Source: an uncultured beta proteobacterium
GTDB taxonomy: Bacteria; Pseudomonadota; Gammaproteobacteria; Burkholderiales; SHXO01
Reading direction: 5' to 3'
DNA: 64,000 nucleotides
NCBI GenBank assembly: GCA_963705615.1
Contig: CAVPKE010000004.1
Location: 414,535 to 478,534 of the forward strand
The position numbers and the translations under genes were made by a program. Shown in pieces: positions 52,878 to 61,985 of this stretch (within the stretch, counting starts at the first letter, position 1; each line of letters opens with the position of its first letter). Under the pieces are notes generated by a model. It made no database searches and had not been told where the DNA came from. It saw nothing but the letters and a program-made list of their open reading frames with translations.

Positions 52878-53085
52878 GTCATCCTCCTTCGTATCTACTG
52901 CGCTGTCATCGATTGAGGTCTTGCATCAGCTGACCGCACTCGTTATCGGAAACAGCCGGCGCTGCAGGTCGAACCATACAGCGTCCCGCACCAGCTTGTC
53001 AGCTCCTCGGCGCCTATCTCTGCGCGCATTCACGGCTTCGCCGTCACGAAGCACCACGTGACACGCAGCGCGCGTTGCACCGCAG

Positions 53086-54033
53086 TCAAAGCCCCGCTCC
53101 CCAGTGGTGCTGCCAGGCGAGGCCGACGGTGGTGAAGTTGGTTCCGGTCCGTGCGTACAGTCCGGAGTTGAGGTAGAGCTTGATGGAGTTGTGAACGTCC
53201 AGCGACTGCGCGAGTGTGGCACCCCAGCGCGTGTTCGACTGCAGGTCGTCCTTCAGGGTGCCGTTCACGGAGGTACGACCACCGAAGTAGTAGGTCCAGT
53301 CGAGCGCGCCCCAGAGCTTGGGATTGAAGTTGTAGATCGCGTGCACCTGCACCGCATACAGCGGCTCCTGCTGGCGAACGTTGTTGCCGAGAAACTCGTT
53401 GTTGTCGGTGTAGAACGTGACGCTGGCGGCCCCCTCCAGAATCCATTGCCCCAGCGCCTTGGACACACCGACCTCGGGCTTGAAGGACCAGCGGTTGGTG
53501 CCGACGTTGACCAGCTTGGTGGAATCGTATTGCCCGGTGGGCGCCGTCACCAGAAGGCTCACGCCGACGATGGTGTCCTGCCGGTAGTCGCGGAACTCAG
53601 GCAGCGAGAGCGCCGGGGCGCCGAGCAAGTTGACCGACAGCCGCAGGCCGAGGTCGGCGAACCCCGAGCGCTCGACGCTCTTAGCCTGTCCCTCGACCTG
53701 GCCGCTGGCCGAGATCCACGCGTAGGGAAGCACGACCGCCAGCGTTCCCGACTCGCCCCAGAAGTCGAGGACGCGGCTGTAGCCCAGAGCAACGGTATTG
53801 ACCTTGGCGTCGGCGTTCTTGATCGGCAGCGACGGATCGGTCAGCACATCGCCCCAGGAGTATTGGTAGGCGGCGAGCAGGAAGTTGAGCCCGATCGGCT
53901 GGTTCGAGTAGGAGCGCGGTTCCAGCTGCTGAGCGCGCGCACCGGGCAGTGCGGCAAGGCTAAGCGTCACCGCCAAGAGCGCCGTGCATGGGAGCGTGGC
54001 GAACGGAGAAGAGCGGGGGAGCAGGACGCGCAC
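53086..54033 (-). CDS. Outer-membrane transporter of the MetA-pathway/phenol-degradation-like family (PF13557-type)
   Basis: Intact, 315 aa, with signal peptide. Pattern QQLEPRSYSN.P.G.NFL...Y.YS.G ... G.NRWSFKPE.G.S. Confidence 0.75.
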   Translation of the reverse strand: MRVLLPRSSPFATLPCTALLAVTLSLAALPGARAQQLEPRSYSNQPIGLNFLLAAYQYSWGDVLTDPSLPIKNADAKVNTVALGYSRVLDFWGESGTLAVVLPYAWISASGQVEGQAKSVERSGFADLGLRLSVNLLGAPALSLPEFRDYRQDTIVGVSLLVTAPTGQYDSTKLVNVGTNRWSFKPEVGVSKALGQWILEGAASVTFYTDNNEFLGNNVRQQEPLYAVQVHAIYNFNPKLWGALDWTYYFGGRTSVNGTLKDDLQSNTRWGATLAQSLDVHNSIKLYLNSGLYARTGTNFTTVGLAWQHHWGAGL

Positions 54034-54114
54034 CGTTCATCCGTCGCTTCGTCGAGGTTTCGCCCGCGCTTTGCGCAGTGGATCGCGGCGCCGGCAGGCG
54101 CGGCGAATTCCGGG

Positions 54115-54280
54115 CTACGGTTTGTAGGTGCAGTTCTTCTGGTTGTTCGCCTCGAAGCAGGCGTTGTAGGTGTTCTCCAGATCGTCCTGGGTAACATGCC
54201 CGAGGCCGTTGATCACACCCATGCCGAGATGCCATCATCGAAGCCGATGGAATCTCGTTTGACCAAAGTCGGCATTGGCC
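54115..54280 (-). pseudogene. Decayed third copy of the 54285/55192 paralog family (C-terminal ~35-55 codons only)
   Basis: Reads ...GVINGLGHVTQDDLENTYNACFEANNQKNCTYKP*, matching the C-termini IAHITQDDFGNTYDRAGGAYSNFRP* and LAWVTQDEFLNTYQGCGYDAACNYVP*. Confidence 0.4.
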
Positions 54281-54284
54281 GCCA

Positions 54285-55067
54285 CTACGGGCGGAAATTG
54301 CTGTAGGCGCCGCCCGCGCGGTCGTAGGTGTTGCCGAAGTCGTCCTGTGTAATGTGCGCGATGCCGTTGTCCGGCGTGAGGACCAGATCCTGCTCGAGGA
54401 CCGGGGCCCGGAACTTCCAGCCCGGGGGAAGTTTCAGACGGCTGCCGAGGTTCCCGAGTTCATCGAACTTCTGATCGGGAAAGGTGATGAGGCTCATTGA
54501 CTTCATGACCCACGGGTTGCCCTCCGGATCTTCAAGGACGAATACCTGCTTGCCCTTGTCGAAACCGAACTTGGTGTGACGCCCGACGGTGATGTTCTTG
54601 TAGTCTGCTTCACCCGGCTTCAGGCTGAGACCCTTCAGATCCAGCCAATTCACCCAGCGTGCTTTCATGCCGCCGAAGTCCAGCTCCTTGCCCATCTCGA
54701 CATCGATCCAGTCCAGCGTCCATAAGCGGGGGCCGTTCTTGAACGCGGCGAGCACGTGGTACTGGTCCTTCAGCTCATTGACATCGACCTTGTCCAGCAG
54801 CGCCGCGGGACATGAATCCCCGGTGGTCGCGCCGCCGTTGAGGCCCGAGGTGTTGTAGACGTTCGCAGAGAGATCCTTGGTGATCGCGTTCCCGCCGATG
54901 AGGAACATCTCGGTGTAGCGTTGCCCGCGCACGTCCTTGAAGGTGAACGGCTTCGCGTCAGCGCCGTCGTTCGGCAAGGTCACGACCAACCTGGGATACA
55001 GGACGATGGCCGCGACGACGATGAGAGCGGCGACGATGCCGAGCGCCCACTTGATGTTCTTGCTCAT
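54285..55067 (-). CDS. Membrane-anchored exported protein of unknown family (paralog A)
   Basis: 260 aa from ATG 55067 with an N-terminal TM anchor. Shares the C-terminal motif LPPGWKFR..VL..DL......TQD.F.NTY with 55192-55986. Confidence 0.65.
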   Translation of the reverse strand: MSKNIKWALGIVAALIVVAAIVLYPRLVVTLPNDGADAKPFTFKDVRGQRYTEMFLIGGNAITKDLSANVYNTSGLNGGATTGDSCPAALLDKVDVNELKDQYHVLAAFKNGPRLWTLDWIDVEMGKELDFGGMKARWVNWLDLKGLSLKPGEADYKNITVGRHTKFGFDKGKQVFVLEDPEGNPWVMKSMSLITFPDQKFDELGNLGSRLKLPPGWKFRAPVLEQDLVLTPDNGIAHITQDDFGNTYDRAGGAYSNFRP

Positions 55068-55191
55068 GTCTGGTTCTCTCCTTGTGTCAGTGTCAGAAAG
55101 CCATTGCAGCAAAGCTTGATGTCGCGTTCACCATCTTTCTTCATCGACCTGTCGGCCGAAAGGGCCGACGCTGTTGCGACGCTGATTCAGC

Positions 55192-55986
55192 CTACGGCAC
55201 GTAGTTGCAGGCCGCGTCGTAGCCGCAGCCCTGGTACGTGTTCAGGAACTCGTCCTGTGTCACCCACGCCAGGTGGTTCGGCGGCGGCGGCTGGATGGTC
55301 AGGTCGCGGTCGAGCACCTTCGTCCGGAACTTCCAGCCCGGCGGCAGCTGCTTGAACTGGCTGCCCAGGTCCTTGAGGTTGTCTGCCGTCTCGCCCTTGT
55401 TGACGTAGTTGGTCCAGGACTGCATGACCAGGACCTTCCCGTCGGGCATGTCGAGCAGATAAACCGTGGTCCCCGTCTTGTATAGGTACTTGTTGCTGCG
55501 ATTGATCTGGCCGGGATGGTAGTGGCCCATGCCGACCGCCTTTTTCATCACTGCCACGGGCACGACACCCATGTAGACCATCTTGACCGGTCCGAATTGG
55601 CGCTCGTCGCCTACCTCATAGACCCAGAATTCGTCCCACGTCCAATGACGGCTAGGGTTCAGGAAAACCTCCCTTGCGCCCATTTCCTTGATGATCTTCT
55701 CTTTGTCCTTTTCGATCTGTGCGAACTGTTCCGGGCTGCAGTGGTCGATGCCGGTCGGGTTGTAGAAGTCGGCGACCGCGTTCGCCTTCGACGTGCCGTA
55801 GATCGGCGCAACCTCGCAGAACTCATAGTTGGGCCCGTTCGCGTGGAGTTGCTTGCCGGGGATGATGTGCAGCTTGCTCTGCTCGGCCATGTTCTGCTCG
55901 ACGGTGGCGCAACCGGCGACGAAGAGGGCACTCGAAACGGCCGCCAGCCACGCAAACTTCTGAACTGTCCTTCCAACGAATTTCAT
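55192..55986 (-). CDS. Lipoprotein of unknown family (paralog B)
   Basis: 264 aa from ATG 55986. Lipobox LFVAGC. Homologous along its length to 54285-55067. Confidence 0.7.
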   Translation of the reverse strand: MKFVGRTVQKFAWLAAVSSALFVAGCATVEQNMAEQSKLHIIPGKQLHANGPNYEFCEVAPIYGTSKANAVADFYNPTGIDHCSPEQFAQIEKDKEKIIKEMGAREVFLNPSRHWTWDEFWVYEVGDERQFGPVKMVYMGVVPVAVMKKAVGMGHYHPGQINRSNKYLYKTGTTVYLLDMPDGKVLVMQSWTNYVNKGETADNLKDLGSQFKQLPPGWKFRTKVLDRDLTIQPPPPNHLAWVTQDEFLNTYQGCGYDAACNYVP

Positions 55987-56140
55987 CTGATTCTCCTTCT
56001 GTGCAAGAGACACCGAAAAGATTAGGAACGGTCTGCTAGCAGGTGCGGGGATCTGCTTCCTTCTCCTCCGGCAGGCCTTGCTTGCAACAAGCGACAGGGT
56101 AATCGCCGCGTTGCCGACAGAGCCTTGACGCACGTCAAGC

Positions 56141-57571
56141 TCATTGCACCCTTCTTACCGGCGGGAGCTTGTAGGTACCGTCGAGCACCGCTTCCGTCGG
56201 CCAGTAGATGCGCACCGTGAGGTTGAACGGCCCGCTCGCCGGCGCCGGCAGCCAGTTGGCCTCCTTGTCCGCGCCCGGCGAGCCGGCCTGGATGTACATG
56301 TCGAGCGAGCCGTCGGGGTTGTACTTGAGCGGCATCCACATGGCCAGGTTGTACCGGTTGATGGCGTTGGGCACGTAGTAGCCCTGCGGGTCGTACATCG
56401 ACATCGACCAGGTGGCATTGGTGGGCGGCGTCGTGCCCTTGTCGAAATGCAGGACATACCGGTTGGCGGCGTCCAGCGGTTTGTTGTCGCCGTCGTCGAA
56501 CGCCGTCGGGTACACCACGTCGTGCGGCAGGATTCCGCCGAGCCCGATCAGAGCAATGCCGGCGCGTGTGGTGTAGTCGGTGCCGTAGTTGGCGAAGTCC
56601 TTCGGAATCACGATCCAGCCGTTATCGGTCTTCAGCATCTTCACGCCCTTCTCGAGAAGCGCGAAGCCATCCATCGCCCGCTGCAAGCCATGGCGGGTGC
56701 CAGGGTCCAGCGCGGCGAGGTCGAAGTCCTGCCCCGGCACGATGCCGATCTCCTTCAGCTTGGCAACCATCGGGGCGTCCGCGGCGGCGGGCGGATTGTC
56801 TTTCATCAGCCGCGCCAGCCCGCCGAAGTAGGCTGCAGCGTCCAGCTTGTGCACCTGTGCGGTGGGTGGCGTTTTCGTGTCGACACCGGGCGTCACGGGC
56901 ACCTCAGCCGGCGGCGTATAGGTCTGGCCCCAAGCCGACAGCGGCGTCAGCTTGTACTGCTTCTGCAGCGCGTTGACGACAGCGTAGTCCGCCGGACCAT
57001 TGCAGAGCATCTGGCCGTTCACCCAGACGAAGCGCGTCGGTGATCGATAGACCTGCTTGACGTCCGCCGGTGGTGTGCCCTGCCAGCGTGGTCCCGCGAT
57101 CAGGAAGCTTTGCGCCGCGGTCCCGGTGGTCCGCTTACCGATCGATGCGAAGACATTGCTCCACATGTCGAACAGCGCGATCACGTAGTAGCGTCCGCCG
57201 GTATCGGGCACCGACAGCACCAGCGGCTCGCGGTCGAGATCGGCCCAGGCCACCGCGAACAGCGTGTCCAGCCCGGTGCGCGGCACCGCGCGGAACGATG
57301 CGTCCGGGTACCTCGTCATGACTGCAAACTGATTGATCGGCGCGGTGATCTCACCGCCCGTGGCCACCGCGGTACCCTGGCTCTTGGTGAGATCCATCAC
57401 GATCAGCGGAAAGCCATACACATAGGCTTCCACGCCGTACAGCCAGGCGCGGCCTTCCTTGTGCCAGAACCAGCCACCGCCGACCGCGAGGGCGGCGACG
57501 ATCGCCAGCGCGATCAGCCAGCCGCGCCTGCGGCCTTTGCGTCTTGAAGTGTCCGTAGCCGTCATCGTCAC
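56141..57571 (-). CDS. DUF1254 + DUF1214 domain protein (N-terminal signal anchor)
   Basis: Intact, 476 aa. AYVYGFPL. ... NQF...YPDA.FR.V..... DTLF..AW.DL..EP.VLSVPD..GRYY. C-terminal ...DKEANWLPAP.G.F.L..R.YWP. Confidence 0.85.
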   Translation of the reverse strand: MTMTATDTSRRKGRRRGWLIALAIVAALAVGGGWFWHKEGRAWLYGVEAYVYGFPLIVMDLTKSQGTAVATGGEITAPINQFAVMTRYPDASFRAVPRTGLDTLFAVAWADLDREPLVLSVPDTGGRYYVIALFDMWSNVFASIGKRTTGTAAQSFLIAGPRWQGTPPADVKQVYRSPTRFVWVNGQMLCNGPADYAVVNALQKQYKLTPLSAWGQTYTPPAEVPVTPGVDTKTPPTAQVHKLDAAAYFGGLARLMKDNPPAAADAPMVAKLKEIGIVPGQDFDLAALDPGTRHGLQRAMDGFALLEKGVKMLKTDNGWIVIPKDFANYGTDYTTRAGIALIGLGGILPHDVVYPTAFDDGDNKPLDAANRYVLHFDKGTTPPTNATWSMSMYDPQGYYVPNAINRYNLAMWMPLKYNPDGSLDMYIQAGSPGADKEANWLPAPASGPFNLTVRIYWPTEAVLDGTYKLPPVRRVQ

Positions 57572-57586
57572 GAGGTGCTACCTCCA

Positions 57587-59020
57587 TCAGGGGACGCGGT
57601 TCACCGGCGGCGGCGTCCAGGTGCCGTCGAGAATCGAAGGCGGCGTTGTCCTGGGCGAGTAGATTCGCAGCACGAGGTTGAACTTCCCCTTCGGAGCCGG
57701 CAACCAGTTCGCCTCCTTGTCCTTCCCCGGTGATTCCGCCTGGAGGTAGAGATCCACGGAGCCGTCCGGGTTGGTGATGAGCCGGTTACGCTGGCTCAGC
57801 TCGTACCGATCGATCGGATTCGGCGCGAAGAAGAAATCGGTGTCGTACATCGTGAGCGACCAGAAGGCTTCGGCCGGCGGCATCTGGCCCTTCTCGAACC
57901 GCATCACGTAGTTGTGCTCGCCGTTGTATTCGTCACCCTTCGCATCCTTCTGCGAGAGCGGATACACGGCGTCCTGCGGACGGTTCCAGCCGGGACCGAG
58001 GAGATTGGCCATGCCCCGCAGCCGATAGTCGGTGCCGAAGTTGCCCACGCCCTGGGTGAAGTACAGCCACCCGTCGGTCGTCTTCTGCTTCTTCAGGAGC
58101 AGTCCCATGTCCAGGAGCGCCAGCTTGGGAACGAGCTTGATCGCCTCCCGATCGAGGAACCCGAGTTTGCTCGGGTCGAAGTCCTGCCCCGGGACCAATC
58201 CGATCCTGGCCATCCGCGCGACGATCTCTGCATCCTGCGCGGTCGGCGGGTTAGTCTTCATCAGTTTTGCGAGGGTCTCGAAATAGGTGTCGATGTCCAG
58301 CGCGTTCACCTGCTTGCGCACCGCCGTCTTCATGTCGATGCTCGGATCGACGACACCCGGCGGCGGCGTGTACGGCTTGCGATAGGCGCTGAGCGGAACG
58401 ACCGAGAACTTGTCCTGCAGCGCATGCACTGCCTTGTAGTCTTCGGGCGTGCCGGTGCTGTAGATGCGCCCGAGGATCCACACCATCCCGGTGGGCGACT
58501 TGACTTGCGTCACGCCTTGCGGGAGCGCGCCCGACCAGCCTGGCCCGGTGATGGCGTACGTCTGGGGCTTGCCGCCATTCGTGCGCGAGCTTGCCACCTC
58601 GACAACCTCCGACCAGCCGTCCAGCATCGGCATGATGTAGTACCGGTCCCCCATGTCGGGAATGCTGAAGACCCACGGCTCATTGGAAACGTCGAGCCAG
58701 ACGATGGTGTACAGCGTGTCGGCATTGGGCGCGGCACAGCAGTGGTTGTCGACGGCCGGATAGGTCCGCATCTTGATCACCTGGCCCATCGGGGCATGCT
58801 CGGCATCCGGCCTGGCAACGTTGGTCTGCTGCCTGCGGACCATGTCGAAGGTGACCAACGGGTAGCCGTAGACGTATGCGTCGACGGCGATGCTGACCGC
58901 CTCCACCACGCCCAGCGACTCGGCTTCGTCCGCGCCGGCTGCGAGCGGACATGCAGCCATGGCCCCAAGGCACAGGGCCCCAAGGCAAAATGCCTTAGCT
59001 GCGCGTTTGATCGATTGCAT
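57587..59020 (-). CDS. DUF1254 + DUF1214 domain protein (cleavable signal peptide), tandem paralog
   Basis: 477 aa from ATG 59020. Same architecture as 56141-57571, with a 15-nt gap to that downstream paralog. Confidence 0.85.
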   Translation of the reverse strand: MQSIKRAAKAFCLGALCLGAMAACPLAAGADEAESLGVVEAVSIAVDAYVYGYPLVTFDMVRRQQTNVARPDAEHAPMGQVIKMRTYPAVDNHCCAAPNADTLYTIVWLDVSNEPWVFSIPDMGDRYYIMPMLDGWSEVVEVASSRTNGGKPQTYAITGPGWSGALPQGVTQVKSPTGMVWILGRIYSTGTPEDYKAVHALQDKFSVVPLSAYRKPYTPPPGVVDPSIDMKTAVRKQVNALDIDTYFETLAKLMKTNPPTAQDAEIVARMARIGLVPGQDFDPSKLGFLDREAIKLVPKLALLDMGLLLKKQKTTDGWLYFTQGVGNFGTDYRLRGMANLLGPGWNRPQDAVYPLSQKDAKGDEYNGEHNYVMRFEKGQMPPAEAFWSLTMYDTDFFFAPNPIDRYELSQRNRLITNPDGSVDLYLQAESPGKDKEANWLPAPKGKFNLVLRIYSPRTTPPSILDGTWTPPPVNRVP

Positions 59021-59124
59021 TGGTGTCCTCTGAACTGTTTTTGGCATCCGTGCGCGATCGCAGGCGGCTTTTGACCCGCGCTCTTCGACGGGTCCCGAAC
59101 GAATCGCGAGGTCTCGCCCTGCCG

Positions 59125-59986
59125 CTACTTCGGGAACATGAACTGCACCTGCACGCGCAGCTGCCAGGTCGGGCCGTTGTCGGGCCTGACGATGTTGTAG
59201 TACGCGCCGATCTGCGTGTTCATCGGCAGCGGCCCGAGGTGAAAGATGTGGCCGACACCCCGCACCCAGCGGCACGGTCCACTGGTTGCCGCTGCTGGCT
59301 TTCCAGTTGGCGGTGATCATCGGAACGCTGTTGATGTAAGTGCCGCCCGGGAGGTTGTAGTTCACGAACGGCTCGAATAAGAGGTTGTTGTAGGCGGGCG
59401 CTCCGCTGCTGGTGCCGAGCGACCACACGTTGTTGATCAGCATCCCGTAGACCCACGGGTTGTCCTTTTCCAGCCGCAGAACGACCGCAGTCGGGCCCAG
59501 CCCCCAGTTGTTGTTACCCAGCTCGCTGTCGCTATGCGTCGGCAGCTGGGCGATCGCTCCCACACCCCAGATCAAGCCCGCCGCGTTGGCGGGAGACAAG
59601 AACGCCGAGAACTGCATGTCGCCGAGGCCGAAAGCGTTGCTCTCACCCTGGACAACCGGCGGCTGCCAGATCAACGGAAGGATGGTGCGGGTGATCAGGT
59701 TCCAGTCGCTGTTGAGCGTGACCGGGACGACGGGCTGGATGTTGAGGATGTTCTGCGTGCCGCCCTGGGGACCGTAGTTGAAGTTGGTGTTGTTCTCGAA
59801 CGGGACGCTGATGAGGTTGGCCACAGGGTTCTGCGACAGCTTCGCCAGCTCCTCCTTGCTCAACTCCGCGCGCGCGGACGAGGCCAGGGCAACGGCGAGC
59901 GTGAGCAGCGCAAGCGCAAGAAGTCGAGTTGTTTTCCGCGCACGCACCGCTCGTGTTTGCCCCGACAGGGATGCGTTTACTTTCAT
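59125..59986 (-). CDS. Outer-membrane beta-barrel protein of unknown family, frame break near 59260
   Basis: Signal peptide. NPVANLISVPFENN.NF..GP. The corrected C-terminus reads ...GPTWQLRVQVQFMFPK*. The track merges it with the next gene into an 823-aa ORF. Confidence 0.7.
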
Positions 59987-60098
59987 CTTCTTTGGTCTCC
60001 GCCTTTTTTTTGGTCTCGACTCAAGCTGACGGGAGCCCGACCGGCACGGCGCAGGCACCGGAGCGTACCGGGCTTCCGTCGCTACCGCTGCGAACCAC

Positions 60099-60584
60099 TC
60101 ACGGCTGCGCCGTCACGTACACCAGGTTGTTGCCCTGGAACACCGCGCGGTAGAAATTGCCGCCGCAGTAGAAGTAGTCGATGCCGCCGACTGGCGTCGA
60201 GGTGCAGCCCGCGGGAAGAGTGGCAACAACCGTCCCGAGAGGCAACGGCTTGCCGGCGGCCACGGGCGGAGGCGGAGGCACTGCGGCGGCGGCTGCGGGC
60301 GGAGGTGCCGCGGCGGCCGGATGTGGGGCCGCGGCCGCGGGTGGAGGCGCAGCGGCGGCGGGCGGAGGCGCAGCAGCATGCGCGGCAGCCGCGCTCGCCG
60401 TGGCTGCCGTAGCCGCGCTTGCCCCGATGACCGCGCCCCTGCGGAAAGCGCGGCGCCGCACGCCGAAGATCGCGTGCGCTTCCGGAACCAGCTGGACTTG
60501 CAGCGGAACTTCAGGCGGCACATCGACGAGAAACAACAGGATGAGGGCAGGGGTGAGTATCGCAATCTTGAGGATCGTCTTCAC
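60099..60584 (-). CDS. Small anchored protein with Ala/Pro repeat linker and Cys-containing C-terminal domain
   Basis: The GTG start overlaps the DUF2092 stop (GTGA). N-terminal TM, then (A4-5 P3) repeats, then LPAGCTSTPVGGIDYFYCGGNFYRAVFQGNNLVYV. Confidence 0.55.
   Translation of the reverse strand: MKTILKIAILTPALILLFLVDVPPEVPLQVQLVPEAHAIFGVRRRAFRRGAVIGASAATAATASAAAAHAAAPPPAAAAPPPAAAAPHPAAAAPPPAAAAAVPPPPPVAAGKPLPLGTVVATLPAGCTSTPVGGIDYFYCGGNFYRAVFQGNNLVYVTAQP
60240..60420. repeat. GC-rich coding tandem repeat (about 24-nt unit, encodes PPPAAAAA)
   Basis: Iterated GCGGCGGC.GG.GGAGG.GC units on the + strand, inside ORF 60099-60584. Confidence 0.5.
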
Positions 60585-61387
60585 TTGTTTTCTCCCGTCG
60601 GGGTGAGCACGTAAACGGTAGACCAGCTATCGGGCGGCATGAACTCGGTCTTCTTGGCGCTCGGCGGCGGCGTAAAGGTGAACATGGCATCGCTCGTCTT
60701 TGGCGCGACGTTCCAGTTGCTCATCAACGTTATGGTCTCCACGAGCTCAGGTGCGCCGGTGTCGGTGACCATGTACTTGCGCGGCAGCGGTTGGCCCGCC
60801 TCTGGCACCCAGATCTGGAAGTCCACGCCCGGGCGGCTGAAGAGCACGTGATCGCACTTGACCCCGCCGACGAACGCTTTACCGATCACTGCTGCAAAGG
60901 TCACGTCCTGCATCAGCAACGGAAAGGCGTTGCGGTAGACGAGATCGCTTGCGGGGATGATCAAGCCGAGGGAATCGCGCGCGTAGTGCAGCGTCTCCTC
61001 GATGGTCCCCGGCGCTGGCTCGGAGGCGTAGTAGTTCACCGAGGAGTTATACAGAGCCAGCGTCTTTCCGTCGTAGTACCAGGACTGGTTGATGAGATCG
61101 CCTCTGCGCTCTGCGCGCAGCTTGTTGGGCCGTTGCAGAACGACGCTGGCTGCGACGCTGACCTGGATCTTCTGGCCGGAGTCGAGCACTTCCTCGAGGA
61201 GGTTGAGCGTGTCCACGCTGAACTGCTGCAGGCCGCTGAGGTAGTCTGTCGTTTTCTTCAGGATCTGCACGGCAGCCGGATCTACTGCCGGTTCCTGCGC
61301 TCGCGCTGTCGTGGAGACGCTCGCCGATACCGCGAGCGCTCCGAAAGTGAGCCATGCTGCCCACATCCTGCTATTTGCTATTGCCAT
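60581..61387 (-). CDS. DUF2092-family periplasmic protein (LolA-like fold family)
   Basis: Intact, 268 aa, with signal peptide. Pattern A..IL.....YL..L..FS......... then RPNKLRAE..GD........YDGKT..LY. Confidence 0.75.
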   Translation of the reverse strand: MAIANSRMWAAWLTFGALAVSASVSTTARAQEPAVDPAAVQILKKTTDYLSGLQQFSVDTLNLLEEVLDSGQKIQVSVAASVVLQRPNKLRAERRGDLINQSWYYDGKTLALYNSSVNYYASEPAPGTIEETLHYARDSLGLIIPASDLVYRNAFPLLMQDVTFAAVIGKAFVGGVKCDHVLFSRPGVDFQIWVPEAGQPLPRKYMVTDTGAPELVETITLMSNWNVAPKTSDAMFTFTPPPSAKKTEFMPPDSWSTVYVLTPTGENK

Positions 61388-61439
61388 CCTGGTCTCCTGT
61401 TAGTCAAGTTGCTTCAACTGGCCTGGGGTGCAGTCGTCT

Positions 61440-61985
61440 CTACCGCCAGCCAACGCCGCGACCACCGACGCCTACGCCGTGAAAGCCGGGACCCACCCCA
61501 CCGCCTACGCCGATCCAATCGATGAACAATGCAGTCGCGCCACCGGTTTTAGGCATCGTGCCCTCGATCAGCTTATAGCTATAGACCAAGTCCTTCCCAT
61601 CGATGACCGGACGGCTGATCTCGACCACGGTGAGCGTGTTGTCGTTGCGCCCCGGCGCATAGACCGACAGCGTGGCGTTGGGTGGGTCGCTACTGAAATT
61701 GTTCGGGCCTTCCGCCGCTTTCCACTCATCCAGATAGGCAGGCATAGTCATGTGCCCGGCGATACGCACCGGCCGGTCCGAGAAATACAGAGTCTGCTGG
61801 CTGACATTGACGAGCCGCAAGGTCTTGCCGTCGGCCTTTAGAGCCTCGGCAGTCTGCACGAACATCAGTTGGGTCTTGTTCTCATCCGCTCTTGCGAAGG
61901 GCAGAACGGAAAGAGCGACCAGCAGAATGAACAGCAGATGTTTATACACGGTCCTTCCTCCGAAATTAGCATAACGGTTGTACAT
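61440..61985 (-). CDS. Secreted protein of unknown family with Gly-rich C-terminus
   Basis: Signal peptide KHLLFILLVALSVLPFARA (the likely start is GTG near 61950). The tail is GVGGGVGPGFHGVGVGGRGVGW. Confidence 0.55.
   Translation of the reverse strand: MYNRYANFGGRTVYKHLLFILLVALSVLPFARADENKTQLMFVQTAEALKADGKTLRLVNVSQQTLYFSDRPVRIAGHMTMPAYLDEWKAAEGPNNFSSDPPNATLSVYAPGRNDNTLTVVEISRPVIDGKDLVYSYKLIEGTMPKTGGATALFIDWIGVGGGVGPGFHGVGVGGRGVGWR

Noticed and set aside
9250-60000. Frame breaks as programmed ribosomal frameshifting or transcriptional slippage
   Set aside because: There are too many of them, in unrelated genes, in both directions, and without shared slippery heptamers or downstream structures. 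Several genes carry three to five breaks.
57587-60058. Apparent 823-aa fusion of an outer-membrane protein and a DUF1254/DUF1214 protein
   Set aside because: A frame break near 59260 hides the OMP stop; the corrected C-terminus ...VQVQFMFPK ends at 59125. The DUF1254/1214 protein has its own ATG (59020) and signal peptide.
60240-60420. Short GC-rich tandem repeats as a CRISPR-like array or VNTR. Similar tracts occur at 16900-17350 and 27050-27170.
   Set aside because: There are no unique spacers. The units are about 24 nt or irregular, and all lie inside ORFs, where they encode Ala/Pro or Gly/Arg low-complexity linkers.
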